This document shows positions 22,799 through 32,700 of a DNA stretch of 64,000 nt, one piece after another. This DNA is from Cyanophyceae cyanobacterium (lineage in GTDB: Bacteria > Cyanobacteriota > Cyanobacteriia > Cyanobacteriales > Laspinemataceae), in contig JBBQFN010000007.1 in assembly GCA_038321985.1 (NCBI GenBank), positions 128,001-192,000 on the forward strand, given 5' to 3'. Each line of letters opens with the position of its first letter. Within the stretch, counting starts at the first letter, position 1. Both the position numbers and the translations under genes were made by a program. Below the pieces are notes generated by a model. That model was given only the letters and a program-made list of their open reading frames with translations, did not search any database and had not been told where the DNA came from.

Positions 22799-23641
22799 AT
22801 GAGCGATCGCACAGCATTAACCGTTTCACCCCGTCCCTTTCTGAAATGGGCGGGGGGCAAAACCCAACTCATTCAACAGTATCGACCCCTATTTCCTACG
22901 GATTTTGAGAATTATTACGAGCCATTTTTAGGAGGAGGTGCGGTCTTTTTTTATTTATTTGATCAACCTAGATCACCCCTTCAGGCTGTTCTATCCGATG
23001 TCAATGAAGAACTTATTAATATGTATCGCTGCGTTCGCGATGACGTAGAAAATTTAATTAAAGAACTAGAAAATCATCAGACTCAACATGATTCCGAGTA
23101 TTATTATAAAATAAGAGCGCAGAAAAACACAAAGCCCTTAAAAAAAGCGGCTCGAATTATTTATTTAAACAAAACTTGTTTTAATGGGTTATACCGAGAA
23201 AATTCCAAAGGAGAATTTAACGTACCCATTGGCCGATATAAAAATCCTAATATTTGCAATTCGGATTTATTGCGAATAGATTCTCGGGCTTTGCAATCAG
23301 TTAAGTTAGAAGTTCGGGATTTTGAAAAAATTCTGGATGAGGCGAAAAGTAACCAAGATTTTGTTTATTTTGACCCGCCCTATTATCCGTTGAGCAATAC
23401 TAGCCAATTTACAGCTTACAGTCGCCACAATTTTAATGAAGAGGACCAAATCCGGTTAAGAGATATCTTTGTAGAACTCGCGAATCGAGGAGTGAAAGTG
23501 ATGTTATCTAATTCCGATTGTCAGTTTATAAGGGACCTTTATCAACCCTTTCAAATTCATCAAGTTTTAGCCACGCGATCGATTAATTCTAAAGGAACCC
23601 ATCGAGGTAAAATTTCGGAGGTTGTTGTAACTTCATATTAG
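22799..23641 (+). CDS. dam: Orphan Dam-family (GATC) N6-adenine DNA methyltransferase, cyanobacterial DmtA-type
   Basis: RPFLKWAGGK, YYEPFLGGGAVF, YLNKTCFNGLYR.NSKG.FNVP.G, catalytic DPPY; no endonuclease gene adjacent. Confidence 0.9.
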   Translation: MSDRTALTVSPRPFLKWAGGKTQLIQQYRPLFPTDFENYYEPFLGGGAVFFYLFDQPRSPLQAVLSDVNEELINMYRCVRDDVENLIKELENHQTQHDSEYYYKIRAQKNTKPLKKAARIIYLNKTCFNGLYRENSKGEFNVPIGRYKNPNICNSDLLRIDSRALQSVKLEVRDFEKILDEAKSNQDFVYFDPPYYPLSNTSQFTAYSRHNFNEEDQIRLRDIFVELANRGVKVMLSNSDCQFIRDLYQPFQIHQVLATRSINSKGTHRGKISEVVVTSY

Positions 23642-23759
23642 TTTTATAAAAAAGAAATTTTTAATAAATAGCGGTTTTACTTCGTTTTTTAAAAGCAATT
23701 AATGTAATTTTTAAAGTCTGGTGTTTCGGAAGTTTATAAATTATCTAGTTTTGGGGGGA

Positions 23760-23893
23760 GTGCGAGCTTCTAGCTTGCTATAGTAACCAGTTAGAAGTTC
23801 GCACGGCTTAATTTTGGAGGCACGATGATTTAGAGGGGCGATTAAAGTCGTTACTACTAACTTAAGAGAACGACTAAAGTCGTTACTACTAAC
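23760..23893. repeat. REP-like palindromic repeats of two families between convergent genes
   Basis: gtgcgagcttctag (23760-23773) / ttagaagttcgcac (23791-23804) inverted pair. Tandem cga(t/c)taaagtcgttactactaac at 23839-23861 and 23871-23893 (32-nt period); on the minus strand this is GTAG followed by the palindrome AACGACT-TT-AGTCGTT. Confidence 0.75.
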
Positions 23894-23913
23894 AAGAAGA
23901 TGCTAACCTTATT

Positions 23914-24807
23914 TTATAAGGAGATAGATCCTTGGTCGAAAGTTCTATTATTTTGGTCGATGCCGTTGATAATAAGGCGATCGCGGTAAACTTCAATGGA
24001 GGCAAAACTCAGTTGACTTGCCGATCGCGCGGTCCAAGTTGAGCGCCCTACCCGTCGGGTTTTTGCACCGGCACCACAAGTTAAGTAGGTTGTATTCCCG
24101 ATCGCCTGGGTTCGTTCGTAGTTATGATTATGTCCATTAATATAAAGTGAAACGCCATGCTTTAGGAATAATGGCATCAATTTCCGACGGAGGAAACGAC
24201 TTCCCAAATGTAACCCGGAAGTATAGAGGGGATGATGTCCCATGACGATTTTCCAAGGAGCATCACTCTCCTGGAGTTGCGTTTCTAACCACGGTAACTG
24301 ATTCGGCCAATTCGCATTTTTATTGGTATCGAGAACAAAAAATTGGACGGTATCGCGGCGTAAACTGTAGTAGCGCCCTTGCATATTAAAGCCAGGATAC
24401 TGGACTTGATCCTGGCCGTTATTCGTTTTAATATCGTGATTACCCAAACAAGCATAAAATTTAACCTGGGCATCCAAGAGCGATCGGTAAGGTTGCTCAA
24501 AGACGCGCTCTATTTTTTCAATTTCGCCATGATTGTAGATATTATCTCCGGCGAGCATGATTAAATCGAAAGGATTTTCCTGGTGGTAGCGGGCGATCGC
24601 CCGTCCGACGGCATATTGGCCCTCATTACCCGCACCCGTATCCGCCACGGCGACAAAACGCAGCAGCAAAGTATCTGGGGATGGCGGTATGAAATCCAAC
24701 TCAGTCTCTGACCTCTCTTGTGTTAGCCCCCTGAGAGATTTGCCTAGGATAGCAAAGGTTAGGGTACTGAGTCCAGCCAGTAAAAATTCTCGGCGTTTCA
24801 AGTTCAT
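23914..24807 (-). CDS. Calcineurin-like metallophosphoesterase (acid-phosphatase type), Tat-exported
   Basis: Twin-arginine MNLKRREFL; ADTG, GDNIY, GNHD, GHHP, GHNH metal ligands. Confidence 0.88.
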   Translation of the reverse strand: MNLKRREFLLAGLSTLTFAILGKSLRGLTQERSETELDFIPPSPDTLLLRFVAVADTGAGNEGQYAVGRAIARYHQENPFDLIMLAGDNIYNHGEIEKIERVFEQPYRSLLDAQVKFYACLGNHDIKTNNGQDQVQYPGFNMQGRYYSLRRDTVQFFVLDTNKNANWPNQLPWLETQLQESDAPWKIVMGHHPLYTSGLHLGSRFLRRKLMPLFLKHGVSLYINGHNHNYERTQAIGNTTYLTCGAGAKTRRVGRSTWTARSASQLSFASIEVYRDRLIINGIDQNNRTFDQGSISL

Positions 24808-24923
24808 GGGTGGGTGAATTGGCAAGAACTAGGGGACATTTCAAACAAAATGATAGATTAATCCAAAGATAGCCACCTCTTTAAAGTATTCCCCTGTTGT
24901 CCTAGTCGATCGCCTATAAAAAG

Positions 24924-25838
24924 ATGTCACAAGATCCTCCCATTCCACCTGAGTCAAATCCCCAAACACCGAAACCAGGAGACTCTTCTCAACCCCTGCC
25001 GCTTCCTGTGAAACGTCCGCCCTCTGGATTAAAAGCCGTGGCGATCGCCACTTTGCGCTCTACAATTCAGCTTTTAGAAGGGGTAGTCGAGACCCTGGAA
25101 TCGGAACCACCCCTGTCATCCCCGACGCCCTCGACGGTTAGGATAAAGGGTCTTGGGGTAGAACGGCAGCCGACTATTTTATCCCAGATTCTAGCGCCTA
25201 TTCGCGCGCTGTTGCCGAGTGCCCTCAATCAAACTTTGTCAGATTGGGGATTAAGCGGGGCGATCGCCCTGATTGTCCTGCTGATTACTTGGACGACAAC
25301 CAGTGTCCTCTTTCCCAAACCGGCACAAATGGCGCAACTTCAGCCCCCTACTTCATCGGAAGTGTCGGAAATACCGCCTGCCTACTTCCCGCCGGTTTCC
25401 GAAGCGCCCCCAACGGCACCGGAACTCCCCCCACTCAAAAAAGAGCCGCCTTTAAGTCTCCCTCCGAAAGAGGCCCCCCAGCCGAAAAAAGCGCCCCCAG
25501 TCGTCGAAACTCCTGCCACGCCGTTAACCCCCGAACAAACTTTAATTGCATCTATTCAGAACCAGGTGGCACAAGTCACCCGGGATGCAGATATTCCGAT
25601 CGCCTCGATTCAAGCCAATTTTGGGGCGTCTGAGTTGCGGGTGCGAATTAGCGATGAGTGGTACAATATCACCGCTTCTCGCCAAGATAAGTTAGCCGCA
25701 CAAATTTTTGAGCGGGGGAAAGAATTGGATTTTAGAACGATAGAAATTGCTGATTCCCAAGGCAATTTATTGGCTCGTAGTCCGGTGGTGGGGTCGCGAA
25801 TGATTATTGTCAAACGACAACAAGAAGGAGGGATTTAG
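24924..25838 (+). CDS. Conserved hypothetical single-pass membrane protein, Pro-rich
   Basis: One TM (GAIALIVLLITW), a Pro-rich stalk, and a C-terminal domain LTPEQTLIASIQNQV...LLARSPVVG. Confidence 0.75.
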   Translation: MSQDPPIPPESNPQTPKPGDSSQPLPLPVKRPPSGLKAVAIATLRSTIQLLEGVVETLESEPPLSSPTPSTVRIKGLGVERQPTILSQILAPIRALLPSALNQTLSDWGLSGAIALIVLLITWTTTSVLFPKPAQMAQLQPPTSSEVSEIPPAYFPPVSEAPPTAPELPPLKKEPPLSLPPKEAPQPKKAPPVVETPATPLTPEQTLIASIQNQVAQVTRDADIPIASIQANFGASELRVRISDEWYNITASRQDKLAAQIFERGKELDFRTIEIADSQGNLLARSPVVGSRMIIVKRQQEGGI

Positions 25839-25944
25839 AAGTTAGAGTTTCCTAGGAGATTAAGGATATTTCCTATTATTCAAATCAGCTTTTTTCGGGT
25901 TTTTAGATAGCCCCATCCTTGAGTGGGAGACTATTTTAAACATT

Positions 25945-26670
25945 TTAATCCCTTAAATTCAAGTGTTGATGGTAGGCTTTGACCTTGAGATCAATTCCTG
26001 TAATGTCTGTACCGACAACAACGGCATTCGCGCCCAAATTAAGGGCGCGTTTTGCCATTTCTGGGGAACTGATCCCGCCTTCACAAATCAGGAAACAATC
26101 AATTTGTTGGCGAATTTCGGCGAGGAGATCGAAGCCAGGAGGCGTGGAGTTTTGGGTGGCGTGGGTGTATCCATAGAGGGTGGTGCCAATGATATCGGCC
26201 CCAAAATTGGCAGCGGCGATCGCCGCTTCGAGGGTATCGATATCAGCCATTACAGGTTTTCCCAGTTGGGTGTGAATGGCGGCAATCAGATTAGAGAGAG
26301 TTTCGTCATGGGGACGGTTTCTATCCGTGGCATCGATGGCGATGATATCGGCACCACTGGAGGCGATCGCCTCGGCATGATGAAATTGAGGGGTAATGTA
26401 CACTTCGGACCCGGGGACGGATTGTTTCCATAAGCCGATAATCGGGAGGGATGCACCCAGGCGATCGCGCACTGCTTTGATGTGAGCGGGGGTATCAATA
26501 CGCACCCCTACGGCACCAGAACGAACCGATGCCAGGGCGATCGCAGCAATCATCTGGGGTTCGTACAATGGAGAATCTGGAGGGGCTTGACAGGAGACAA
26601 TTAACCCGCCATCAAGGGGGGCAGTCGGGGCCGTCAAATTCATCAAATTTTGGGACATGGGTTCGCTCAT
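25945..26670 (-). CDS. nanE: N-acetylmannosamine-6-phosphate 2-epimerase
   Basis: GLIVSCQAP, PIIGLWK, VYITP, IIAIDAT.R.RP, GTTLYGYT, EGGI, VVVG. Confidence 0.92.
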   Translation of the reverse strand: MSEPMSQNLMNLTAPTAPLDGGLIVSCQAPPDSPLYEPQMIAAIALASVRSGAVGVRIDTPAHIKAVRDRLGASLPIIGLWKQSVPGSEVYITPQFHHAEAIASSGADIIAIDATDRNRPHDETLSNLIAAIHTQLGKPVMADIDTLEAAIAAANFGADIIGTTLYGYTHATQNSTPPGFDLLAEIRQQIDCFLICEGGISSPEMAKRALNLGANAVVVGTDITGIDLKVKAYHQHLNLRD

Positions 26671-26817
26671 TAAACCGTTAATTTAATTAGTTTATAGGTA
26701 CTTTTCTAGGGTAAACTTAACCCTTAGTCAAGGGGGAAAAAGCTGTTATAATTTTACAGTATATTTGGGCATAAAACTGGCCGGAGTTCTATTAATATTT
26801 GGCAGGGATTATCGGTC

Positions 26818-29277
26818 TTATTTACCGGCATTAATTTCCCCTCTTTCCGGTTGATTCACAGAAGAGCAGGCATGAAATAAGGCATTAACTTGATTAATCA
26901 GCCGTTCGGGATCAATGGGTTTAGATAAACAATCATCAGCACCAGCTTCAAAAGCCCGGTCTTTATCTTCCCCAATTCCTAGGGTAATTAAAGCTAAAAT
27001 CTTCAGGGGGGCCTGAATCGGGGATTGTCGTAAAAACTGGATCATTTCCGAGCCGTCCATCCCCAATAAGCGATAACTTACAATTACCGTAGTCGGTTGT
27101 AGTAGCTCAAATTTTTCCAGTGCTGTCGCCCCATCAATCATCCACACCACCTTATAACCAGCGGTGGTTAAAATATCACAAATTAAGGTTGCACTCTCTT
27201 CACAATCCTCAATCAAAATGATTCTGCCTTGGAAAGGTTCAGAACTGAAGGAGGCACTTACTCTGTTTGGGGAATTCGGGGCGGATAATAAACGAACCGC
27301 AGGCAGATGTACGGTAAAAATAGAGCCTACGTCCACCCTAGATTGCACTTCAATCCAGCCTCCGTGGAGTTCTACCAGTTGTTTCGTTAAAGCTAATCCG
27401 AGTCCCGCGCCGCCGTATTGACGACGGTAGGAGGTATCTAATTGTTGAAAGTTGTTGAATAGGAGCGATTGTTGGTCTTCGGGAATCCCTACGCCGGTAT
27501 CTTCTACTTGAAATACTGCATTTTTGCCCTCACTCCAAACCCGCAGGGTGACAATGCCTCCAGCCGGGGTAAATTTAATAGCATTGTTCAATAGATTTAA
27601 GATAATTTGCTGCACGCGCCGTCGATCAGCGGTCCAAAGGTCGGGTTTTTCACTATCTAAGGCGAGAGTTATTTCCAGTTGTAACTCGGCCTCCCTGGCT
27701 TTTTGGGCGACGTTCTGCACACACTGATGGGCCAGTTTAGTCAAGGAAAATTCCGTAATTTTTAAAATGGTTTTGCCTGCTTCTAACTGAGACAAATCCA
27801 AAATGTCATTAATGAGTGTAAGGAGGTGTTCGCCACTGTCATGAATGGTTTTTAAATATTCCTGTTGTTTGGCACTCATTTGTCCCAAGGACCAGCGCAA
27901 CAGGGTAGAAGACATCCCAATCACGCAGGTTAAGGGCGTTCGTAATTCGTGACTCATGGTTGCCAAAAATTCACTTTTGGCGCGATTGGCAGATTCGGCG
28001 GCAACTAGGGCATCGTGGAGGTCATGAGTTCGTTCGATTACTCGTTCTTCTAATGTTTTTTTTTGCTGACTGACTTGGGCGTACAGTTCAGCTTGATGAA
28101 TGGCTAAAGCTAAATGTTCGGCGATATGTTTGAGGAAGTTTTGTTCACTTTCAAGCCAAAAACGGGTTTCAAAACATTGATGAGCTATTAATAATCCCCA
28201 AAGTTTATCTTGAACGATAATCGGAACAATTAATTGAGCTTTAATTTGATAATCCTGCAAGGTTTGTAAATAGCTGGGAGATAAACTATATGCCGTAGTG
28301 ACATCTTCGATCGCTTGAATAAAGCCTTTATAATAGTTGGCCCAAGATTCAGCTCCGCTCAGAAAAAACCCCTTTTCTTCGGGAAGTTGCAGGAGGGATG
28401 GGATGTGGTCAAAAGCTCTAGATTCATAAGTCACATATCCCCCAGTGGGTTGGGAATTTGACGCGGATGGTTTGGGGCAAGAGTCAAAACTATCCAACTC
28501 TAATTTGTCCCCAAGGTGGCGCAGTTCAACAGGGGTATCAAGGGACGATTTCCCCTTGTCTGAGTTGACTTTTATGGAGGGGTTTTGAAGGGTAGATTGA
28601 AAAATGACCAATCGATCTACGAGGAGGAAACGGCGCACCTGTTCAACGGCAGTAGACAAGATGGTAGGCAATTCTAGACTCTGGCGAATCTGTGTTGTGA
28701 CTTGATTTAAGAGCTGCTCTTGTTCGATTTGGTGGTGCAGAGCATTTTCTACAGGTTGACAGATCGAGACCCTGTTATCGGAGGCATAACTAGCATTCTG
28801 GGGGAAATTATCCGAGGTTAGCAAAGCGATCGCCGATAGGGTAAATTCGCTCTGAATTACAGGATTATTCGGTTGTAAAATATTATAAGTCGGTTCGAGT
28901 TCGTGGCGTTCAATAGTGAGGAAAGGCAATTGCCTCAAGGTCGCTAAAAATTTGGCAATCTCTGTGGGTTCAAAGGTTAAACCTACTTCAACCTTTGGCG
29001 ATCGCTCGGCGGTTTCTCCTCCTAAGCTCCGGATGAAATCTTCCGAATCCGGATTCGTCCCCTGAGCAGGCGCGCCCAACAGCAGCACCTTAAACTCCTC
29101 AGACAGGACCAGGGTAAACCATTGCCAAGGGTCACCCGACGGAATTTCTTCCGGACCGAGTATCAATTCGGTCAGTACCACAGACCCTTGGCGTTTCCCC
29201 TGTTGCTGTAAAAACTCGCGCAACTGCTCAAAGATGTGATGGGATAAAGTTCTTTGGGAGACTTCAAAAATCGGCAT
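26818..29277 (-). CDS. cikA: Circadian input kinase CikA (GAF - histidine kinase - pseudo-receiver)
   Basis: Characteristic SICQPVE..L..QIEQEQLLNQVTTQIRQSLEL, H-box FLATMSHELRTPLTCVIGMS.TLLRW; the receiver has Ser where the phospho-Asp should be (TTVIVSYRL). Confidence 0.88.
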   Translation of the reverse strand: MPIFEVSQRTLSHHIFEQLREFLQQQGKRQGSVVLTELILGPEEIPSGDPWQWFTLVLSEEFKVLLLGAPAQGTNPDSEDFIRSLGGETAERSPKVEVGLTFEPTEIAKFLATLRQLPFLTIERHELEPTYNILQPNNPVIQSEFTLSAIALLTSDNFPQNASYASDNRVSICQPVENALHHQIEQEQLLNQVTTQIRQSLELPTILSTAVEQVRRFLLVDRLVIFQSTLQNPSIKVNSDKGKSSLDTPVELRHLGDKLELDSFDSCPKPSASNSQPTGGYVTYESRAFDHIPSLLQLPEEKGFFLSGAESWANYYKGFIQAIEDVTTAYSLSPSYLQTLQDYQIKAQLIVPIIVQDKLWGLLIAHQCFETRFWLESEQNFLKHIAEHLALAIHQAELYAQVSQQKKTLEERVIERTHDLHDALVAAESANRAKSEFLATMSHELRTPLTCVIGMSSTLLRWSLGQMSAKQQEYLKTIHDSGEHLLTLINDILDLSQLEAGKTILKITEFSLTKLAHQCVQNVAQKAREAELQLEITLALDSEKPDLWTADRRRVQQIILNLLNNAIKFTPAGGIVTLRVWSEGKNAVFQVEDTGVGIPEDQQSLLFNNFQQLDTSYRRQYGGAGLGLALTKQLVELHGGWIEVQSRVDVGSIFTVHLPAVRLLSAPNSPNRVSASFSSEPFQGRIILIEDCEESATLICDILTTAGYKVVWMIDGATALEKFELLQPTTVIVSYRLLGMDGSEMIQFLRQSPIQAPLKILALITLGIGEDKDRAFEAGADDCLSKPIDPERLINQVNALFHACSSVNQPERGEINAGK

Positions 29278-29765
29278 ATTTTAAGCACCTATTGGCAAAA
29301 GCTAAATGCGATGGATGAATTTTCAGGGGGAATGCTCGTCCGCAACCCTACCCTCAAAAAATCCCGGGTTTCTAGTGTTTTGTAATCCCTCGGTGGAGCT
29401 TGCCTTAAAGCTGCTACACCTGAGATTTTTAGGAAAAATTAAATCAACTCTCGTTAAGGGCTTATTAGCTATGGTAAGATGATTTTAAAAGTTTTGGTCG
29501 AAAATTCAGTCACTGTGGTAGTTTTTATTTTTTTTTATAGGATAATCCTCCCAAAGGGGACTCTTCGACTCCTCATACCTCTGGGGATTTTTTCGGACTC
29601 ATTAACCTAGAGTCATCTCTATCGTAGAAAGATTTGCAGTGGATAGATTATAGATTTATCTGGGTTCTATTGATGAATCCATTTCGGGGTTCGGTGGTTG
29701 GGTCTGCACGGGGGTTTGGTACGATGGACTGTGCCATTGTACTTGGATCGCTTCAGGAGACTCTC

Positions 29766-32700
29766 ATGCATCGTCTAGCTGCTACACCGGGGGGTTGGAA
29801 TCCGCAGGAGGAGGGGGTGATTTTAGTCTCCCAGACTCCGGCACCCGTCGCGATTGTGACGGCAGCGGATACGGATATTCAAGCGATCGCAACGGCAATC
29901 GCCCAACTCCCTCCAGACTTTCCAGACTTGCGGGTGATTAATCTGCTGCAACTGCAACAGCAAGTCAGTATCGATACTTATGCACTAGAGGTCCTCTTTG
30001 AGGCGCAGGTGATTGTATTGAGATTGCTGGGAGGGCGTGCTTATTGGTCCTATGGGTTGGAAGTCGTTCGAGAAACGGTGCAAAATACAGGTGCTCACCT
30101 GATTGTGATTCCCGGAGATGAGGCGGGTGACCCTGATTTAATGGGTCATTCTTCGGTGCCACTCTCCGTAGTTAACCAAGTCTGGCAATATTTTACCGAG
30201 GGCGGTGTCGATAATCTAGTTAACGCCCTCCAATTTGTGGCCCAGGTTTGCTTAAAAAGGGAGTACAATCCGGGTCCACCCATACGAATTCCTCGGGTTG
30301 GACTTTATCCTTGGAAATCGGCCCGGGTTGGACTTCCAAATGAAACGTTAAACTCAGAAGAATCAAGGCTCAATCCCACTCTATCGGCTAATCCTAAATC
30401 TTCCCTGAATTCTTCTCAATTTTTAAGCCCATTTCCCAAAGTTGGAATTCTCTTTTATCGCGCTCATTACCTGGCTGCAAATACTGCCCCGATTGATGCA
30501 CTTTGTCAAGAGTTGAGCGATCGCCACTTAGACCCGGTGCCGCTATTTGTCTCTTCTTTACGCGATAAAGATGTCCAAGCAGAACTCTTGGCTTATCTGC
30601 AACCCCCTACGACTGAAACCGTGCAGATAATATTAAATACCACAGGCTTTGCGATCGGTCAAGGGGTGCAGACTTTACCCTCAACTCAGCATCCTCCTAC
30701 CTCGGATTTAGAATTCTGGGAAACCCTGGATGTGCCAGTCTTGCAGGTGATTTTCAGTGGCGGCACTCAGCAACAGTGGGAAGGGGGATTTCAGGGACTC
30801 TCCCCCCGAGATATGGCGATGAATGTTGCGCTTCCGGAAGTTGATGGACGCATTATTACTCGGGTAGTGTCATTTAAAGCGGTACAAGAAAATAATGTGA
30901 AACTGGAAACTCCTATCGTGGTTTACGAACCTGTGGGCGATCGCATTAATTTCGTTACGGATCTCGCTGCCAACTGGATAAAACTTCGTCAAACTCCCCC
31001 GAATCAGCGCAAAATTGCCTTAATTCTTGCTAATTATCCCACCCGAGATGGACGTCTCGCTAATGGGGTGGGTCTCGATACCCCAGAAAGTTGTATTGAA
31101 ATCCTTAATGCCCTCCAAAATGCTGGGTATTGCGTAGAGGATATTCCAGCAACTGGGGACGAATTGATTCGCCGACTTACTGCCGGAATAACCAATGACC
31201 CGGAAGGGGAAGGGTGGCGCAAAATTTACCAAGAGTTACCGGGTAAAGACTATCAAGAATATTTTGAAACCCTGCCTGAACCTGTCCGCCAAGGAATCGA
31301 AAATCGCTGGGGACAAAACCCAGAGAATCGCTATTCTGTTGAGACTAAAACTTTTCCTATTCCCGGAATTCAATTGGGCCATATTTTTATAGGAATTCAA
31401 CCGGCGCGGGGCTATGATCAAGACCCTAGTTTGAACTATCATGCCCCAGATCTAGAACCGACTCATGAGTATTTGGCCTATTATTATTGGATTCGAGAAG
31501 GCTTTGGCGCACAGGCGATTATTCATGTGGGTAAACATGGCAATTTAGAATGGTTACCGGGAAAAAGTATCGCCCTATCGGAAAATTGTTATCCCGAAGT
31601 TGCCCTGGGACCGATGCCGCATTTTTATCCGTTTATCGTCAATGACCCCGGAGAAGGGTCTCAGGCAAAACGGCGATCGCAAGCGGTTATTATCGACCAT
31701 TTAACCCCGCCGATGACACGGGCCGAGTTATACGGTCCCCTACATAAACTGGAAGGATTAATTGATGAATATTATGAAGCCCAAAGTTTAGATCCAGTTC
31801 GTTTAAAACCGATTCGTAATCGCTTAGTTCAACTGGTAAAAGACCAACATTTAAACCAAAATCTGGTATGGACTAATCCATCAAATTCTGCCAATTCGGA
31901 CCTAGAATTTACAGCGTTAATCGCTAATTTAGATGGATATTTATGTGAATTAAAAGAAGCCCAAATTAGAGACGGGCTGCATATTTTTGGGAAATGTCCC
32001 CAAGGGCGGCAACTGGTGGATTTAATTGTGGCGATCTCCAGACATCCGGGGGGCAGTCGCCTGGGACTGACTCGTGCTTTAGCCGCAGATCAAGGACTTT
32101 CCTTTGACCCTCTCACCAGCAACCCGGCGGAATTTTTGTCGGAATTTACCGGTAATTCCTCTCTGCGTACCATTGGAGATGCGATCGCTCAATTAGAAGC
32201 AGAAGCAGCAACATTCGTCACCCAAATTATCGACCCGACGGGAGAAACAATTCTTCCAAAAACCGACACCGCTACGGGAAAAGAATTAGATTGGATTCGC
32301 TACTGTTTACTTCCGGCATTGCAACAAACTTCCCAAGAAATCACTCAATTGTTGCGCGGATTAGAGGGACGATATATCAAGAGTGGGGCATCCGGTGCAC
32401 CCACGCGAGGACGTCCCGAAGTTTTGCCAACCGGACGCAATTTTTACTCCGTAGATATCCGGGCAATTCCCACAGAAACCGCTTGGGATATTGGACGCAG
32501 GGCCGCAGAAGAGGCGATCGAGCGCTACACCCAGGACAATGGGGAATATCCGCAAACCCTGGGATTATCGGTGTGGGGGACCTCTACCATGCGAACGGGC
32601 GGCGATGATATTGCCGAGGCCCTCGCCTTGCTGGGAGTGCGCCCAGTCTGGGATGGACCCTCCCGGCGTGTCGTAGATTTTGAAATTCTGCCGGTGCGCG

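Noticed and set aside
22799..23641. Complete type II restriction-modification system
   Set aside because: No endonuclease-sized ORF is adjacent; the gene resembles the widespread solitary GATC methylase.
23839..23893. 32-nt-period repeat as a CRISPR array
   Set aside because: Only two units, a 9-nt spacer and no cas genes; it fits a REP doublet.
29278..29765. Cobalamin riboswitch upstream of cobN, and the 44-codon N-terminal extension in the ORF track
   Set aside because: No B12-box or conserved riboswitch core is visible. The SD and the MHRLAA homology place the start at 29766.
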